Origin: an uncultured Nitrospiraceae bacterium | GTDB taxonomy: Bacteria; Nitrospirota; Nitrospiria; Nitrospirales; Nitrospiraceae | Direction: 5' to 3' | NCBI GenBank assembly: GCA_963706325.1 | Contig: CAVPLT010000001.1 | Coordinates: 832,001-896,000, forward strand | Length of the DNA: 64,000 nucleotides | Shown: positions 30,858-41,246 of the stretch, piece by piece | How the letters are laid out: each line of letters starts with the position of its first letter | Numbering within the stretch: the first letter of the stretch is position 1 | The notes under the pieces: generated by a model | Told to the model about the DNA's origin: nothing | Seen by the model: only the letters and a program-made list of their open reading frames with translations | Database searches by the model: none | Translations under genes and position numbers: made by a program

Positions 30858-32273
30858 ATGATCGATCTAGGTTCATCAACATTCCTGATCGGGATCGCAA
30901 TCGGCTTGGTGGCGGGATTTTCGTTTGCCGGTTGGTGGGTGTCCTCCCGCGTTCAAGCGCGTTTACAAGCCCACATCATGGCGGTGACGGAACGGGCGCT
31001 GCACGCCGATGCCATAGGTGCTGCATTGGAGCAGCGTCGGGCGGAACAAGCTGCAGAAGTGGAACGGTTACAGCAAGCTTTGACTGAATCCCGAGAAGGT
31101 CGAACGAAGGCCGAAACGCGCATGGAAGAGGTCACTCGCAACCTGGAGGATCAAAAAGTCATGCTGGCGCAGGCGAGACAGGAACTGCATGCATCCTTCG
31201 ACGTGTTATCGGGACAAGCCTTAAAGCAGAATAACGAAGCATTCTTGGACCTCGCACGAACGTCCTTTGCAACATTGCAGGCGGAGGCCAAGGGGGACTT
31301 ATCCCAGAGACAGCAAGCGATTGATGAGCTGGTCAAGCCGTTAGAAGAATCGCTGCGCCGCTACGAAGACCAACTGCGGCAGGCCGAACAGGTCCGACAG
31401 CGAGAGTATGGCGGACTGGATCAGCAGCTCAGATTCATGGCTGAATCGCACCAGCGGCTTCAGCAAGAAACCGGCAATCTGGTGAAAGCCTTACGATCTC
31501 CGTCCGTGCGCGGGCGCTGGGGTGAGATGACATTGCGTCGCGTGGCCGAACTCGCGGGCATGGTCGCCCATTGCGACTTTCTCGAGCAGGATACGGTATC
31601 ATCAGCAGAGGGGCTCTTACGTCCGGATATGGTGGTGTGTTTGCCGGGCGGCCGGCAGATCGTGGTCGATGCGAAAACGGTCTTGGCGGCCTATCTTGAT
31701 GCCTATGAGGCTCAAGACGAGCCTCAGCGACAGGCACATTTGCTTCGCCATGCCGGCCAAGTGCGAACCAGAATGGATGCGCTCAGCTTGAAAGCCTACT
31801 GGACGCAGTTCGATCAAACACCAGAATTTGTCGTCCTCTTTCTACCCGGCGAGCAATTTCTCGGTGCCGCGTTGGAGCAGGACCCGACACTGATCGAAGA
31901 TGGCTTTGCCCAGGGTGTCGTAGTGGCGACACCCACGACGCTGATGGCGCTCTTGCGAGCGGTAGCGTATGGGTGGCGTCAGGAACAGTTGACCGAGCAT
32001 GCCGAACAGGCCGGCCGATTAGGGAAAGAGCTTTACGAACGAATGGCAGTTCTGACCGACCACCTCAATGAAATCGGTCAGGCTCTCGGCAAGAGTGTGG
32101 GCGCTTATAATAAGGCGGTGGGATCGTTGGAGAGCCGGGTGCTGCCGGCTACCAGAAAGTTCAAGGAACTCGGGATTTCATCAGGCAAAGACATTGCGCT
32201 GCTGGAAGCGTGCGACAGCGAACCGAGGGCCGGCCTCTCATTCACCACCGAAGACATGAGGACAAGAGGATGA
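30858..32273 (+). CDS. rmuC: DNA recombination protein RmuC
   Basis: TM + coiled coil, RGRWGE, RPD..VVDAK, FVVLFLPGE. Confidence 0.92.
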   Translation: MIDLGSSTFLIGIAIGLVAGFSFAGWWVSSRVQARLQAHIMAVTERALHADAIGAALEQRRAEQAAEVERLQQALTESREGRTKAETRMEEVTRNLEDQKVMLAQARQELHASFDVLSGQALKQNNEAFLDLARTSFATLQAEAKGDLSQRQQAIDELVKPLEESLRRYEDQLRQAEQVRQREYGGLDQQLRFMAESHQRLQQETGNLVKALRSPSVRGRWGEMTLRRVAELAGMVAHCDFLEQDTVSSAEGLLRPDMVVCLPGGRQIVVDAKTVLAAYLDAYEAQDEPQRQAHLLRHAGQVRTRMDALSLKAYWTQFDQTPEFVVLFLPGEQFLGAALEQDPTLIEDGFAQGVVVATPTTLMALLRAVAYGWRQEQLTEHAEQAGRLGKELYERMAVLTDHLNEIGQALGKSVGAYNKAVGSLESRVLPATRKFKELGISSGKDIALLEACDSEPRAGLSFTTEDMRTRG

Positions 32274-32698
32274 TGGATCCCCAGGCGATGGTGGAGGAAT
32301 TTCACCGGAAATTTGACATTGCCGTTGCAGATGGCCCGACCCTACCTGAGGAGGGAACCCGCCAGTTGCGAATGCGGCTGATTCAGGAAGAGTTTGAGGA
32401 ACTTAAGGAAGCGATAGCTGCCCAGGACCTCCCGGGCGTGGCAAAGGAATTGGCGGATTTGCTGTACGTGGTCTATGGAACAGCCGTGTCCTATGGGGTG
32501 GATATGGATCCCGTGTTTCGAGAAGTCCATCGCTCGAACTTGAGCAAGGTCGGCGGCTATAAACGCGCCGACGGCAAGTGGGTAAAACCGTCCAGTTATT
32601 CTCCAGCGCAAGTGGAGGCCCTTCTTGCCGCGCAGTCGGCAAAAAGCGATTCGTCAGCCCAATTTGTCGCAACAGAAATGACGGAGTCAGAATCATAG
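32270..32698 (+). CDS. MazG/PRA-PH-like nucleotide pyrophosphohydrolase
   Basis: EEFEEL, KELADLLYV, EVHRSNLSK, DGKWVKP. Confidence 0.85.
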   Translation: MMDPQAMVEEFHRKFDIAVADGPTLPEEGTRQLRMRLIQEEFEELKEAIAAQDLPGVAKELADLLYVVYGTAVSYGVDMDPVFREVHRSNLSKVGGYKRADGKWVKPSSYSPAQVEALLAAQSAKSDSSAQFVATEMTESES

Positions 32699-32699
32699 G

Positions 32700-33209
32700 A
32701 TGAAAGAGCTTCATTGTCCGGCGTGCGGCACGCCGTGTGTCAGAGTCTCATCAAGGTCCGGCTTCATTGAAAAGCTGTTGAATCAGTTGCACATCTTTCA
32801 ATTTCGTTGCCAGCTTTGCACCACCCGTTTCCAAGCTCGCAGGCCTGGAAATAGACAGACTTCACAGGAGTTCGATCGACGCGAATATCGGCGACTACGA
32901 ACGAATTTGGCTGCATCGTTGATCTTGGATCCTCCCTCCTTGGACGGCCTGGTGTCCGACATTTCGATGGGGGGGTGCACGTTGCAAGTTACCACGGCAC
33001 TTCCGCGGGGTACATTCGTGAAAGTGGTATTGCATGCTCCCGGCGGACAGCCTGACATCAAGATCGATGCGGCTATGATTTCTTCGATTCAGCCACTCTC
33101 GATCGGTGTAAAGTTTCTAGAATTTCAGCCAGAAGATAAACAGCGGATGGGTCAATTAGTTCTCGAACTCCTCGCCTATCAAAACACCGCTCCCCGTGTC
33201 AGCGCCTAG
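32700..33209 (+). CDS. Zn-ribbon + PilZ-domain protein
   Basis: CPAC..CQLC, then RREYRR, DISMGG, GVKF. Confidence 0.85.
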   Translation: MKELHCPACGTPCVRVSSRSGFIEKLLNQLHIFQFRCQLCTTRFQARRPGNRQTSQEFDRREYRRLRTNLAASLILDPPSLDGLVSDISMGGCTLQVTTALPRGTFVKVVLHAPGGQPDIKIDAAMISSIQPLSIGVKFLEFQPEDKQRMGQLVLELLAYQNTAPRVSA

Positions 33210-33317
33210 CCTCGTCTCTTTCTGAATGCTGCCTCCGTTGTGCTTGAAAACGGCACCGATAGTCGAGCTGCGATCGACGGGTTGCCGTCCGCTTCAGAAG
33301 CATTGCCGACAAAAACA

Positions 33318-34172
33318 TTAGGCCCTACGAACTAAAACCAGTCTATTGTCGAGTAAGCGCACGTCCCCAATCCGGAGCGCGCCGAGAAGCACGGTCTTGC
33401 GGTGGACTGTCGTGAGGGGTTCCAGGGTGAGGGGATCACAAACCGCCAAGTATTCCGTTGTCGCGAGGGGTTCCTGCGCGACCACCCGAGCCATGCGACG
33501 TTGAATTTGTGGGCCACGCCTTTCTCCGGCACGAATAGCCGCCGCCCCGGCTTGGAGTGCGCGGTACAGCACAGGAGCAACCTGACGAGAAGAGGCGGAT
33601 AGGTAGATATTGCGCGAGCTCATGGCGAGCCCATCTGGCTCACGCACCGTGGGATGGACGATCAGTCGGCCGGGAAGGTTGAGATCCGTTACCAGCTGTC
33701 GGACTAAGGCCGCTTGCTGATAGTCTTTCTGTCCAAACCAAGTATTGTCGGGTTGGACCAGGCACAGTAGCTTGGTGACGACGGTCGCCACACCTTGAAA
33801 ATGATGCGGTCGAGCCTCGCCCTCCCAACGTCTGGCAATGGTCGGCACCGTCACGACGGTTTGAGCGCCCGGAGAGTACATCGCCTGTCGCTCCGGTGCG
33901 AAGATCACATCGACACCTTCTGCCAGGCAGAGCGCCCGATCGAGTCGGAGCTGGCGCGGATATTTAGAGAGGTCTTCCGTCGGACCGAACTGCGTCGGGT
34001 TCACGAAGATACTCACGACTACCGCATCGCAGGCCAATCGAGCGGCACGGATCAAGGCGCGATGGCCCCCATGCAACGCTCCCATCGTTGGGACGAACCC
34101 GATCGTCACCCCTTCACGACGGAGCCGTCGGCTCCACGCAGCCATCGTCCTCGGTGTGCGGATGGTCCTCAT
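33318..34172 (-). CDS. panC: Pantoate--beta-alanine ligase
   Basis: PTMGALHGGH, FVNPTQF, FGQKD, GLAMSSRN. Confidence 0.96.
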   Translation of the reverse strand: MRTIRTPRTMAAWSRRLRREGVTIGFVPTMGALHGGHRALIRAARLACDAVVVSIFVNPTQFGPTEDLSKYPRQLRLDRALCLAEGVDVIFAPERQAMYSPGAQTVVTVPTIARRWEGEARPHHFQGVATVVTKLLCLVQPDNTWFGQKDYQQAALVRQLVTDLNLPGRLIVHPTVREPDGLAMSSRNIYLSASSRQVAPVLYRALQAGAAAIRAGERRGPQIQRRMARVVAQEPLATTEYLAVCDPLTLEPLTTVHRKTVLLGALRIGDVRLLDNRLVLVRRA

Positions 34173-34174
34173 TG

Positions 34175-34732
34175 TCAGGGTTCTGGCGTGATAGAGGAAC
34201 TGCAGGCGGGCCGTGATCCGTACCGAGAATTCGGCTGAGGGTCGAGGCGTCGCACGACCGACTGATCGACCAGCGTCCGCAAGAGCTCACGCAGGCTCTG
34301 TGCGAAGACCGGATGTTGCCGGTTGGGAGCCAGTTCGACGAGCGGGGCGAGGACAAATCGGCGCTGATGCAATCGCGGATGGGGAATTGTGAGTGCAGGG
34401 TCGTTGATCACGCAGTCATCGTACAATAAGAGGTCGAGATCGAGTGTCCTAGGGCCCTTGCGATTTTGGGGATCGCGCCCGAGAGCCCGTTCGATTTCGC
34501 GGCAAATCTCCAGCAGGCTGTTCGGCGCGATGTTAGTTTCGATTTGTGCGACGCCGTTCAGGAACCATTCCGGGCCTGGTGCCGCTCCATCGTTGACTGG
34601 TTCGGTCTCATAGAGAGAGGACACCGCATCGAGCCGTGAGTGCGGCAGGAGGCTGAGCAACGTCACCGCTCGGTCGCAAAAATCGATTCGGTTGCCGATG
34701 TTGGAACCAAAGCCAATAAACGCTGTCGCCAT
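34175..34732 (-). CDS. folK: HPPK (2-amino-4-hydroxy-6-hydroxymethyldihydropteridine diphosphokinase)
   Basis: GSNIG, YETEP, GPRTLDLDLL, PHP. Confidence 0.95.
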   Translation of the reverse strand: MATAFIGFGSNIGNRIDFCDRAVTLLSLLPHSRLDAVSSLYETEPVNDGAAPGPEWFLNGVAQIETNIAPNSLLEICREIERALGRDPQNRKGPRTLDLDLLLYDDCVINDPALTIPHPRLHQRRFVLAPLVELAPNRQHPVFAQSLRELLRTLVDQSVVRRLDPQPNSRYGSRPACSSSITPEP

Positions 34733-34801
34733 AAGTTTGCCAGTCAGGCGTTCGGCGTAAGGCGGGTAGGGAGAAACTTGGTCAGCTCACCCCGCACGAC
34801 C

Positions 34802-35977
34802 TTAGAACCCCGCCTTCTTGATGCGCTCGACCGCTTCTGCGAGCCGCTCCTTCGTGGTGCATACGGTCATTCGAATGTAGCCTTCGCCTGGCGCGCCGAA
34901 ACCGTTCCCCGGTGTGGTGACGATGCCGGCCTTCTCCAGGAGGTGTGCGGTGAACGAGGCAGAGGAGTAGCCCTTCGGCACGGTCACCCAGATGTAAAAC
35001 GCGGCAGGGGGAGGATCGACTTCCAAGCCCAGTTTCCTCAAACCTGGCACCAGCGTATCCCGGCGTTCTTGATACACCTTTCGGAGGCCGTCGGTGACTG
35101 CATCGTCGAGGCCTAGCGCCGTGATGCCGGCGGCTTGCACCGCCTCGAATACACCGGAGTCCAATTGGCTCTTCACCTTGCCGAGCCCAGTCAAGACATT
35201 TTTGTTGCCGACCACGAACCCGATGCGCCAGCCTGTCATGTTGTATGTTTTGGAGAGCGAGTGGAACTCAACGCCGACCTCTTTAGCCCCATCTACTTCG
35301 AGAAAGCTCGTCGGGCGCTTGCCGTCGTAATAGATTTCAGAGTATGCCGCGTCATGACAGACGATGACGTGATGTTCTTGCGCAAACTCCACGACGCGCT
35401 TGAAGTACTCTTTGGTCATGATGACCGAGGTGGGATTGTTCGGTGAATTGAGCCACATCAGCTTGGCCTTCTTGGCCACGTCTTTTGGAATCGCGTTCAA
35501 ATCAGGAAGAAAGCCATTCGCCTTCGTGAGCGGCATGATGTGCGAGACGCCACCGGAAAAGCTCGTCCCGACCGGATAGACCGGATAACCGGGACTGGGT
35601 ACCAAGACAATATCACCCGGATCGACGAACGCGAGGTGGACGTGGCCGATCCCTTCTTTCGAGCCGATCAACGTCAGTACTTCGTTGGACGGATCGAGTG
35701 TGACGTCGAATCGGCGCTTGTACCAGTCTGCCACCGCTTTGCGAAACGACAGCATGCCTTCGTACGAAGGATATTGATGGTGTTTTGGATTCTTAGCCGC
35801 TTGGGCCAGGCTGTCGATGATAGGCGCCGGCGTCGGCAGATCAGGATCGCCGATGCCAAGATTAATGATATCGACGCCGCGTGCGACAGCTTCTTGCTTC
35901 ATCTTATCGATGGCGGCGAATAGATAGGGCGGCAGTGTTTTGATGCGGGTGGCGTATTCGATCGAGAAACCGGACAT
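34802..35977 (-). CDS. dapL: Class I aminotransferase, likely LL-diaminopimelate aminotransferase
   Basis: LPPYLFA, LIGSKEG, SLSKTYNMTGWRIG. Confidence 0.75.
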   Translation of the reverse strand: MSGFSIEYATRIKTLPPYLFAAIDKMKQEAVARGVDIINLGIGDPDLPTPAPIIDSLAQAAKNPKHHQYPSYEGMLSFRKAVADWYKRRFDVTLDPSNEVLTLIGSKEGIGHVHLAFVDPGDIVLVPSPGYPVYPVGTSFSGGVSHIMPLTKANGFLPDLNAIPKDVAKKAKLMWLNSPNNPTSVIMTKEYFKRVVEFAQEHHVIVCHDAAYSEIYYDGKRPTSFLEVDGAKEVGVEFHSLSKTYNMTGWRIGFVVGNKNVLTGLGKVKSQLDSGVFEAVQAAGITALGLDDAVTDGLRKVYQERRDTLVPGLRKLGLEVDPPPAAFYIWVTVPKGYSSASFTAHLLEKAGIVTTPGNGFGAPGEGYIRMTVCTTKERLAEAVERIKKAGF

Positions 35978-36289
35978 GCGTGAGGGCTCCTTTGTTGGCT
36001 TGAGCGGCGGTGCTCAGCAATGTGTGATGCGTGAGCGGTTGCCCGCCAGTGCGTATATCAGTGAAGGTAGGGTACCGCAGGACCGGTTCTGCAATCAACG
36101 GAAAGGAAGTGAGCGAGCGGTGCCACGAGTGGGTGCCTGCTCGCTTCGATGATGTCTCAGGGTCTGCCGAATCGGTGGGTGCGACCCTTTGGGTTAGGTT
36201 GACAGGATAGGAAATTCGAACTAGGGTTGCTGATCTCCAGCCACCCATGCCATGAGACATGGAGGCTGTTTTGTGAGAGAGATTGACCC

Positions 36290-36736
36290 ATGTCAGTGCT
36301 CTCCCATGTCCACGCCCTCTGTGAGACAATTCGCCATCGGGTGACCATTCCAGTGCTGCTGGGACGACCCGATTTGGCGGTTCCTGGCCTGTATGTCTGG
36401 CCGTGGCGTATGGAGATCAGCGCCGAACGGTCAAATGATCGCCCTGGACCACCGATGGGTGAGGGAAGATCGTTGGTCGACCAGCCGACATGCCGCACCC
36501 ATATTCTCCTCCTTCCAATGCCTGCACTGTCCGTTGAAGGTTGGACGAGTCTGGAGAAGGCGCAGCTCGCATTCCATGATCACCCCGTGCTCACGGTTGA
36601 TGGAAACATCTTGCGCATCATCCCTGAGGCGAGCTTCTCGGTCGAAGAATTGGCCGCGCTGTTCATCGCGGCGCAGATGCCGCTGTCCGTCTGCGCGGCG
36701 TGTGTCCTCTCGGGACCACTGCTGCCGATGGCCTAG
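36290..36736 (+). CDS. Hypothetical protein resembling DUF4255/Pvc16 N-terminal domain
   Basis: GLYVW, HILLL, AFHDHPVL, SVEELAALF pattern. Confidence 0.5.
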   Translation: MSVLSHVHALCETIRHRVTIPVLLGRPDLAVPGLYVWPWRMEISAERSNDRPGPPMGEGRSLVDQPTCRTHILLLPMPALSVEGWTSLEKAQLAFHDHPVLTVDGNILRIIPEASFSVEELAALFIAAQMPLSVCAACVLSGPLLPMA

Positions 36737-37075
36737 CACTGACACAACCATAAGAACGGAAGGCCATGCAGCCGGAGGTATGGCTCCCGGTGGCGAGGGG
36801 GGATCTCATGCAATTTCGGCCGGCGCCCAAGGGAGTGGACCGTTTCGACGGCGACACTCGTTTGAAGGCCTCTCCCAAGACATCATTCCTCTGTGTCTCC
36901 GTAGCTGAACCTCAGGCAGTCTGTGTCCCTGGCCGATATGAGTGGCCCTCAAGGCTAGCGGCTTGGTACGGCCTACGATGTGGCGTTTCGTGACGATACA
37001 TCTTCCCTGTGGCCTACTGATATACAGAGGTCGCGACTTGGTAAGCATCGGAATGAAACTCATGGAGAGAATACG

Positions 37076-37432
37076 ATGAAGCAATTGTCTCCCTGTCCAT
37101 CAAGTCCCAACTGCGTGTCAACCCAGGCAGAAGATCAGAAGCACTCGATCGCGCCCTTTCGCTATCAGAAAAAGTTGCCCGAAGCGATAGGCGCCCTAAA
37201 GACTATTGTGCTCTCGCTCCCTCGCGCGGTACTCGTTGAAGAAGAGGGGGCCTATCTGCGTGTGGAGGTCACGAGTTTCTTGCTGCGATTCGTCGACGAT
37301 GTGGAATTCGTGTTCGACGATAACAGCAAAACCGTGCAGTTTCGTTCCGCTTCCCGAACCGGCTACAGTGATCTTGGGGTGAACCGCAAGCGGATGGAAG
37401 CGATCCGTGTTCTGGCTGAAGGAAAACTATAG
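37076..37432 (+). CDS. DUF1499 family protein
   Basis: CPSSPNCVS, FVDDVEF, RSASRTGYSDLGVNRKR. Confidence 0.88.
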   Translation: MKQLSPCPSSPNCVSTQAEDQKHSIAPFRYQKKLPEAIGALKTIVLSLPRAVLVEEEGAYLRVEVTSFLLRFVDDVEFVFDDNSKTVQFRSASRTGYSDLGVNRKRMEAIRVLAEGKL

Positions 37433-37599
37433 CCCGGACTTGATAAAACGTGCTGGGAACCATGCGTTCGGACGTTCGGAAGTGTCTGGATATCTACGCA
37501 GCCATTCATTTATAGTTGAATTGGGTGCCCTAACGAGTCAAGATGCCTATAAGATAGAGCAAGCTGAGCGGTTACTGTGACACTCGAAAGAGTTTTCTC

Positions 37600-38121
37600 A
37601 TGACACCACTATTCCGCCTCTTCGTGATATCCATGTTGGCGCTGTTCACTGGCTGTGTATCGGTACAGGTCGATCCCTTGACCGGTAAGGCTTTTGAGCC
37701 TCGCGTGGGGGGAGATGACGTAAAGATTTTGCAGCGTGAGCCCAATCGCGGATATGTACAGATCGCCCGCATTGTGGCGACGAGTGAACATGCCACAGAA
37801 GAGACGCTGCGGGATCGTATTCTCTCTCGAGCGAAGGAGTTGGGGGCTGATGCCGTGGTGCTTGGAGAGGCGGATGTGCGTCGTCTCGCCGATCGCGGCC
37901 CTACGTTTCAGTCGACCATGGGTTCTGGCATTCAGGGCGCCACGTCGGCTACCAACTATCGCAGCGGGTATTGGAACCCATTCCGGATGGATGCCTGGAG
38001 TTTCGCTCAAGGAGCCGGCGGCGGACAAGGCTGGATGCTTCACATGTCTGGCTTGGCCATTCGTTATGTGTCTGATGAAGAGCTGCGTGCCGCTCCCTCG
38101 CAAGTGCCAGCCGTGCCCTAA
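37600..38121 (+). CDS. Lipoprotein (YbjQ-like)
   Basis: Lipobox FTGC, AKELGADAVV, GLAIRY. Confidence 0.7.
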   Translation: MTPLFRLFVISMLALFTGCVSVQVDPLTGKAFEPRVGGDDVKILQREPNRGYVQIARIVATSEHATEETLRDRILSRAKELGADAVVLGEADVRRLADRGPTFQSTMGSGIQGATSATNYRSGYWNPFRMDAWSFAQGAGGGQGWMLHMSGLAIRYVSDEELRAAPSQVPAVP

Positions 38122-38592
38122 CCCATCCTTATCATCGACTCATGTACGCATAAAAGTCCTAGCCGCCGGGCCTAGATCCTTTTGCCTCAGGCAGGTTCTT
38201 GCTGAGCATTATACAAGTCGCTCCATTGCATCTGCTCGGCGATGCATCGGAGGGTCCAGACGTCGGCCTATCAGTCACCTGGTTACGCGGGGAATCGTCT
38301 GTTCACCCCACTTTGACGCCTTGCCTGGTAGGCGGCGAACCTACGAGGTGGGAAGTAATGGGAGAAGAACATGAATTCCTTGACCCTCCAGAATAACTTT
38401 GACATAAAAGTTGAAGGGCCGTCGGAGTGAGTGTTAAAGACCTCTGCTTCTTGAGGATATCCGATCGTCATTTCAGGCAGGCTGGACGGTCGGTCGGCAA
38501 GATACATGAATCTGCATACGGCTCGCCGGTGGTGTATCAGCATCACAGGTGGTTGATGTTTGTACCCTGGAAGGCATTGTAGGAAGGGATAT

Positions 38593-39456
38593 ATGGCAAT
38601 GTCGGGGCTGAATGTCGACCAGCAGCATCCGGTTGCGTTGACCCACGTTCAAATTAGGCCTGCCAAAGGCCTGTTGGATTTGGATTTGTCGAGCTTATGG
38701 CATTATCGGGAGTTGATTTACATTTTAGTCTGGCGCGATGTGACTGTGCGGTACAAGCAAACTGTACTGGGCGTCGCCTGGGCCATGTTCCAGCCAGTCG
38801 CGACCATGCTTATTTTTACGGCTGTATTCAGTGTAATGGGAAAGATCCCTTCGGATGGTGCTCCCTATCCCGTATTCCTGTACGCAGGCTTGCTGCCATG
38901 GTTTTATCTGTCGCAAGCCTTGAATCGGGGAGGGACCAGTTTGGTCGGAGAGGCCCCGCTTATCAGTAAGGTCTATTTCCCTCGACTCATTCTGCCCCTC
39001 TCGGCAACACTTGCGCCATTGGTCGATCTTCTGCTCGCATTCCTCGCATTCGTTGGCTTGATGGCATGGTTCCATGTCATGCCGACCTGGCGCGTCCTGC
39101 TGTTGCCTCTATTCGCCGGCCTGGCTGCAACCGTGACTTTCGCGGGGGGACTTTGGATCTCTGCGCTCTACGTCAAGTATCGCGATGTGGGGCATATCCT
39201 ACCCATGTTTATCCAGCTGGGAATGTTTGTGTCGCCCATCCTGTACCCCGTCAGCAAGGTGCCTGAGTCTTGGAGAGGGATCTATGCATTGAATCCGGTC
39301 GTGAGTGTGGTTGAGGGATTTCGATGGGCGCTCATTCCAGGATTCCAGGTGGATTTTTCAATGATCCTGCCGAGTCTGGGCATTGTCGGCCTCGTCCTCG
39401 TCGGTGGGTTGATCTATTTTCGTTCTATGGAACGCACCTTCGCGGATGTGATTTAA
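38593..39456 (+). CDS. Polysaccharide ABC exporter permease (Wzm)
   Basis: RYKQTVLGVAW, KVYFPR, YRDV, PILYP. Confidence 0.88.
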   Translation: MAMSGLNVDQQHPVALTHVQIRPAKGLLDLDLSSLWHYRELIYILVWRDVTVRYKQTVLGVAWAMFQPVATMLIFTAVFSVMGKIPSDGAPYPVFLYAGLLPWFYLSQALNRGGTSLVGEAPLISKVYFPRLILPLSATLAPLVDLLLAFLAFVGLMAWFHVMPTWRVLLLPLFAGLAATVTFAGGLWISALYVKYRDVGHILPMFIQLGMFVSPILYPVSKVPESWRGIYALNPVVSVVEGFRWALIPGFQVDFSMILPSLGIVGLVLVGGLIYFRSMERTFADVI

Positions 39457-40758
39457 ATGGGTAATATCGCGATTCGAGCGGAGCAGCTGTCAAAACAGTA
39501 TCAGTTGGGCGCGGGAAGCGTCCAACACAATACTCTGCGCGATCACCTGATGCACGGCCTAAGAATTCTCACGCGACGGACAACCCCTGCATCCGATTCA
39601 GACCCGCTGTTCTGGGCGTTGAGGGATGTTTCATTTGAGGTCAAGCGGGGTGAGGTGCTGGGGATCATCGGTCATAACGGTGCAGGCAAGAGTACCTTGC
39701 TCAAAATTTTATCCCGGATCACTCAGCCGACCACGGGGACGGCAGATATTTATGGACGTGTGAGCTCCTTGCTTGAGGTTGGAACGGGTTTCCATTCTGA
39801 GCTCACAGGGCGAGAGAACATTTTCCTGAACGCGGCCATGCTGGGTATGCGCCGCCATGAAGTGTTGCGAAAATTCGATGAGATTGTCGCCTTTTCAGGC
39901 GTCGAGGACTTCATCAATACGCCAGTGAAACGTTATTCCAGTGGCATGTATGTGCGACTTGCGTTCGCCGTGGCGGCACACCTCGAACCCGAAATTTTGA
40001 TCGTGGACGAGGTTCTCGCCGTCGGGGACGCCACCTTCCAGCAAAAGTGCTTGGGCAAGATGGAAGAGGTCAGTCGAAGTGGAAGGACGGTCCTCATCGT
40101 CAGTCATAACATGACGGTGATCGAGGGGCTCTGCGAGCGGGCGATTCTTCTCGAGAAAGGGCAAGTGGCGAAAGTCGGTCAGACTCACACGGTGGTTGAA
40201 GAATATGCCGATGGGATTCGGACGATGGCCGGAACGGCAATCGAGGCTCGCCGAGATCGGGAAGGACTTGGCGAAATCCTGCTGACTCGTATCGAGGTGT
40301 TGGATAGTGACCGACAGGCTGTCGCCGCCGCGATTACCGGACGTGATACGGTGATTCGCCTGTATTATCGATGCACCTCGGGGAAAGAGTTTGCGAATTG
40401 CCGGGTCAGCATTTCCGTGAATGGCCGCAAGGGACAGGATTTGTTTGTACTATCAACGGATATTGTAGATCCCACGCCGTTGACCTTGCGCGGAGAGGGG
40501 CATGTCGATTTCATCGTCCCTCAGTTGCCGTTAACAGGTGGCGCGTATTTTTTTCAATCCTACATCGAATCGAATGGACACGCCCAAGATTGGGTCAAAA
40601 ACGTCGCGCCATTTTCCGTGCTCGACGGTGACTACTACGGAACGGGCAAGCTTTGCCCGCCGGGTTGGGAAGCCAACGGCGTGCTGATTCCGTATCGCTG
40701 GGAGTGCAGCAAAGACCTCCGAGCCAATGCATTGCCATCCCCCGCCGGCCTGAACTAA
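39457..40758 (+). CDS. Polysaccharide ABC exporter ATPase with Wzt C-terminal domain
   Basis: GHNGAGKST, YSSGMYVRLAF, DEVLAVGD. Confidence 0.9.
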   Translation: MGNIAIRAEQLSKQYQLGAGSVQHNTLRDHLMHGLRILTRRTTPASDSDPLFWALRDVSFEVKRGEVLGIIGHNGAGKSTLLKILSRITQPTTGTADIYGRVSSLLEVGTGFHSELTGRENIFLNAAMLGMRRHEVLRKFDEIVAFSGVEDFINTPVKRYSSGMYVRLAFAVAAHLEPEILIVDEVLAVGDATFQQKCLGKMEEVSRSGRTVLIVSHNMTVIEGLCERAILLEKGQVAKVGQTHTVVEEYADGIRTMAGTAIEARRDREGLGEILLTRIEVLDSDRQAVAAAITGRDTVIRLYYRCTSGKEFANCRVSISVNGRKGQDLFVLSTDIVDPTPLTLRGEGHVDFIVPQLPLTGGAYFFQSYIESNGHAQDWVKNVAPFSVLDGDYYGTGKLCPPGWEANGVLIPYRWECSKDLRANALPSPAGLN

Positions 40759-40910
40759 TCCCCACGCAGCCTATTCGCCCCACGGAATCGATGGATCCCG
40801 CCGTCTTCTGCACCCCTCTGTCGATTATTTACTTATCACTCCGCAACGAACCGCGAGTGGGGTACGATTCTGCCTAACAGTGGCGGCTGAGGATCGACTG
40901 AGGCGTACAC

Positions 40911-41114
40911 ATGGGTTTCGGGTTCGATGACGGACGACAGGCACAGCTGGAGCTGGCTGGGTTAAAGCGCACGCTTGATTGGACCAACATCCAACGCGAA
41001 CAGTTGTTGGATCGCCTCGATCTTCTGCGTCTGGACAATCAGCGGCTGCAGGAACGTGTGGACGATCTGGAACGCCGACTGGCTGAACTCAAGCAGCAAG
41101 AGCCGCTGTTCTAA
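40911..41114 (+). CDS. Small coiled-coil protein
   Basis: Leucine heptads; GAGG RBS. Confidence 0.6.
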   Translation: MGFGFDDGRQAQLELAGLKRTLDWTNIQREQLLDRLDLLRLDNQRLQERVDDLERRLAELKQQEPLF

Positions 41115-41246
41115 CACCAGCACCGCATTACCTCAGATTCTCTTCTCTCCGCCTCTCGTCGTCCTGTCTCCGGCTCCATCGGCGTGATAAGGTATCCTAT
41201 TCGCGATGTCGGTCGATAGCCGCACGAACAAAGGGCTCGAGCAACG

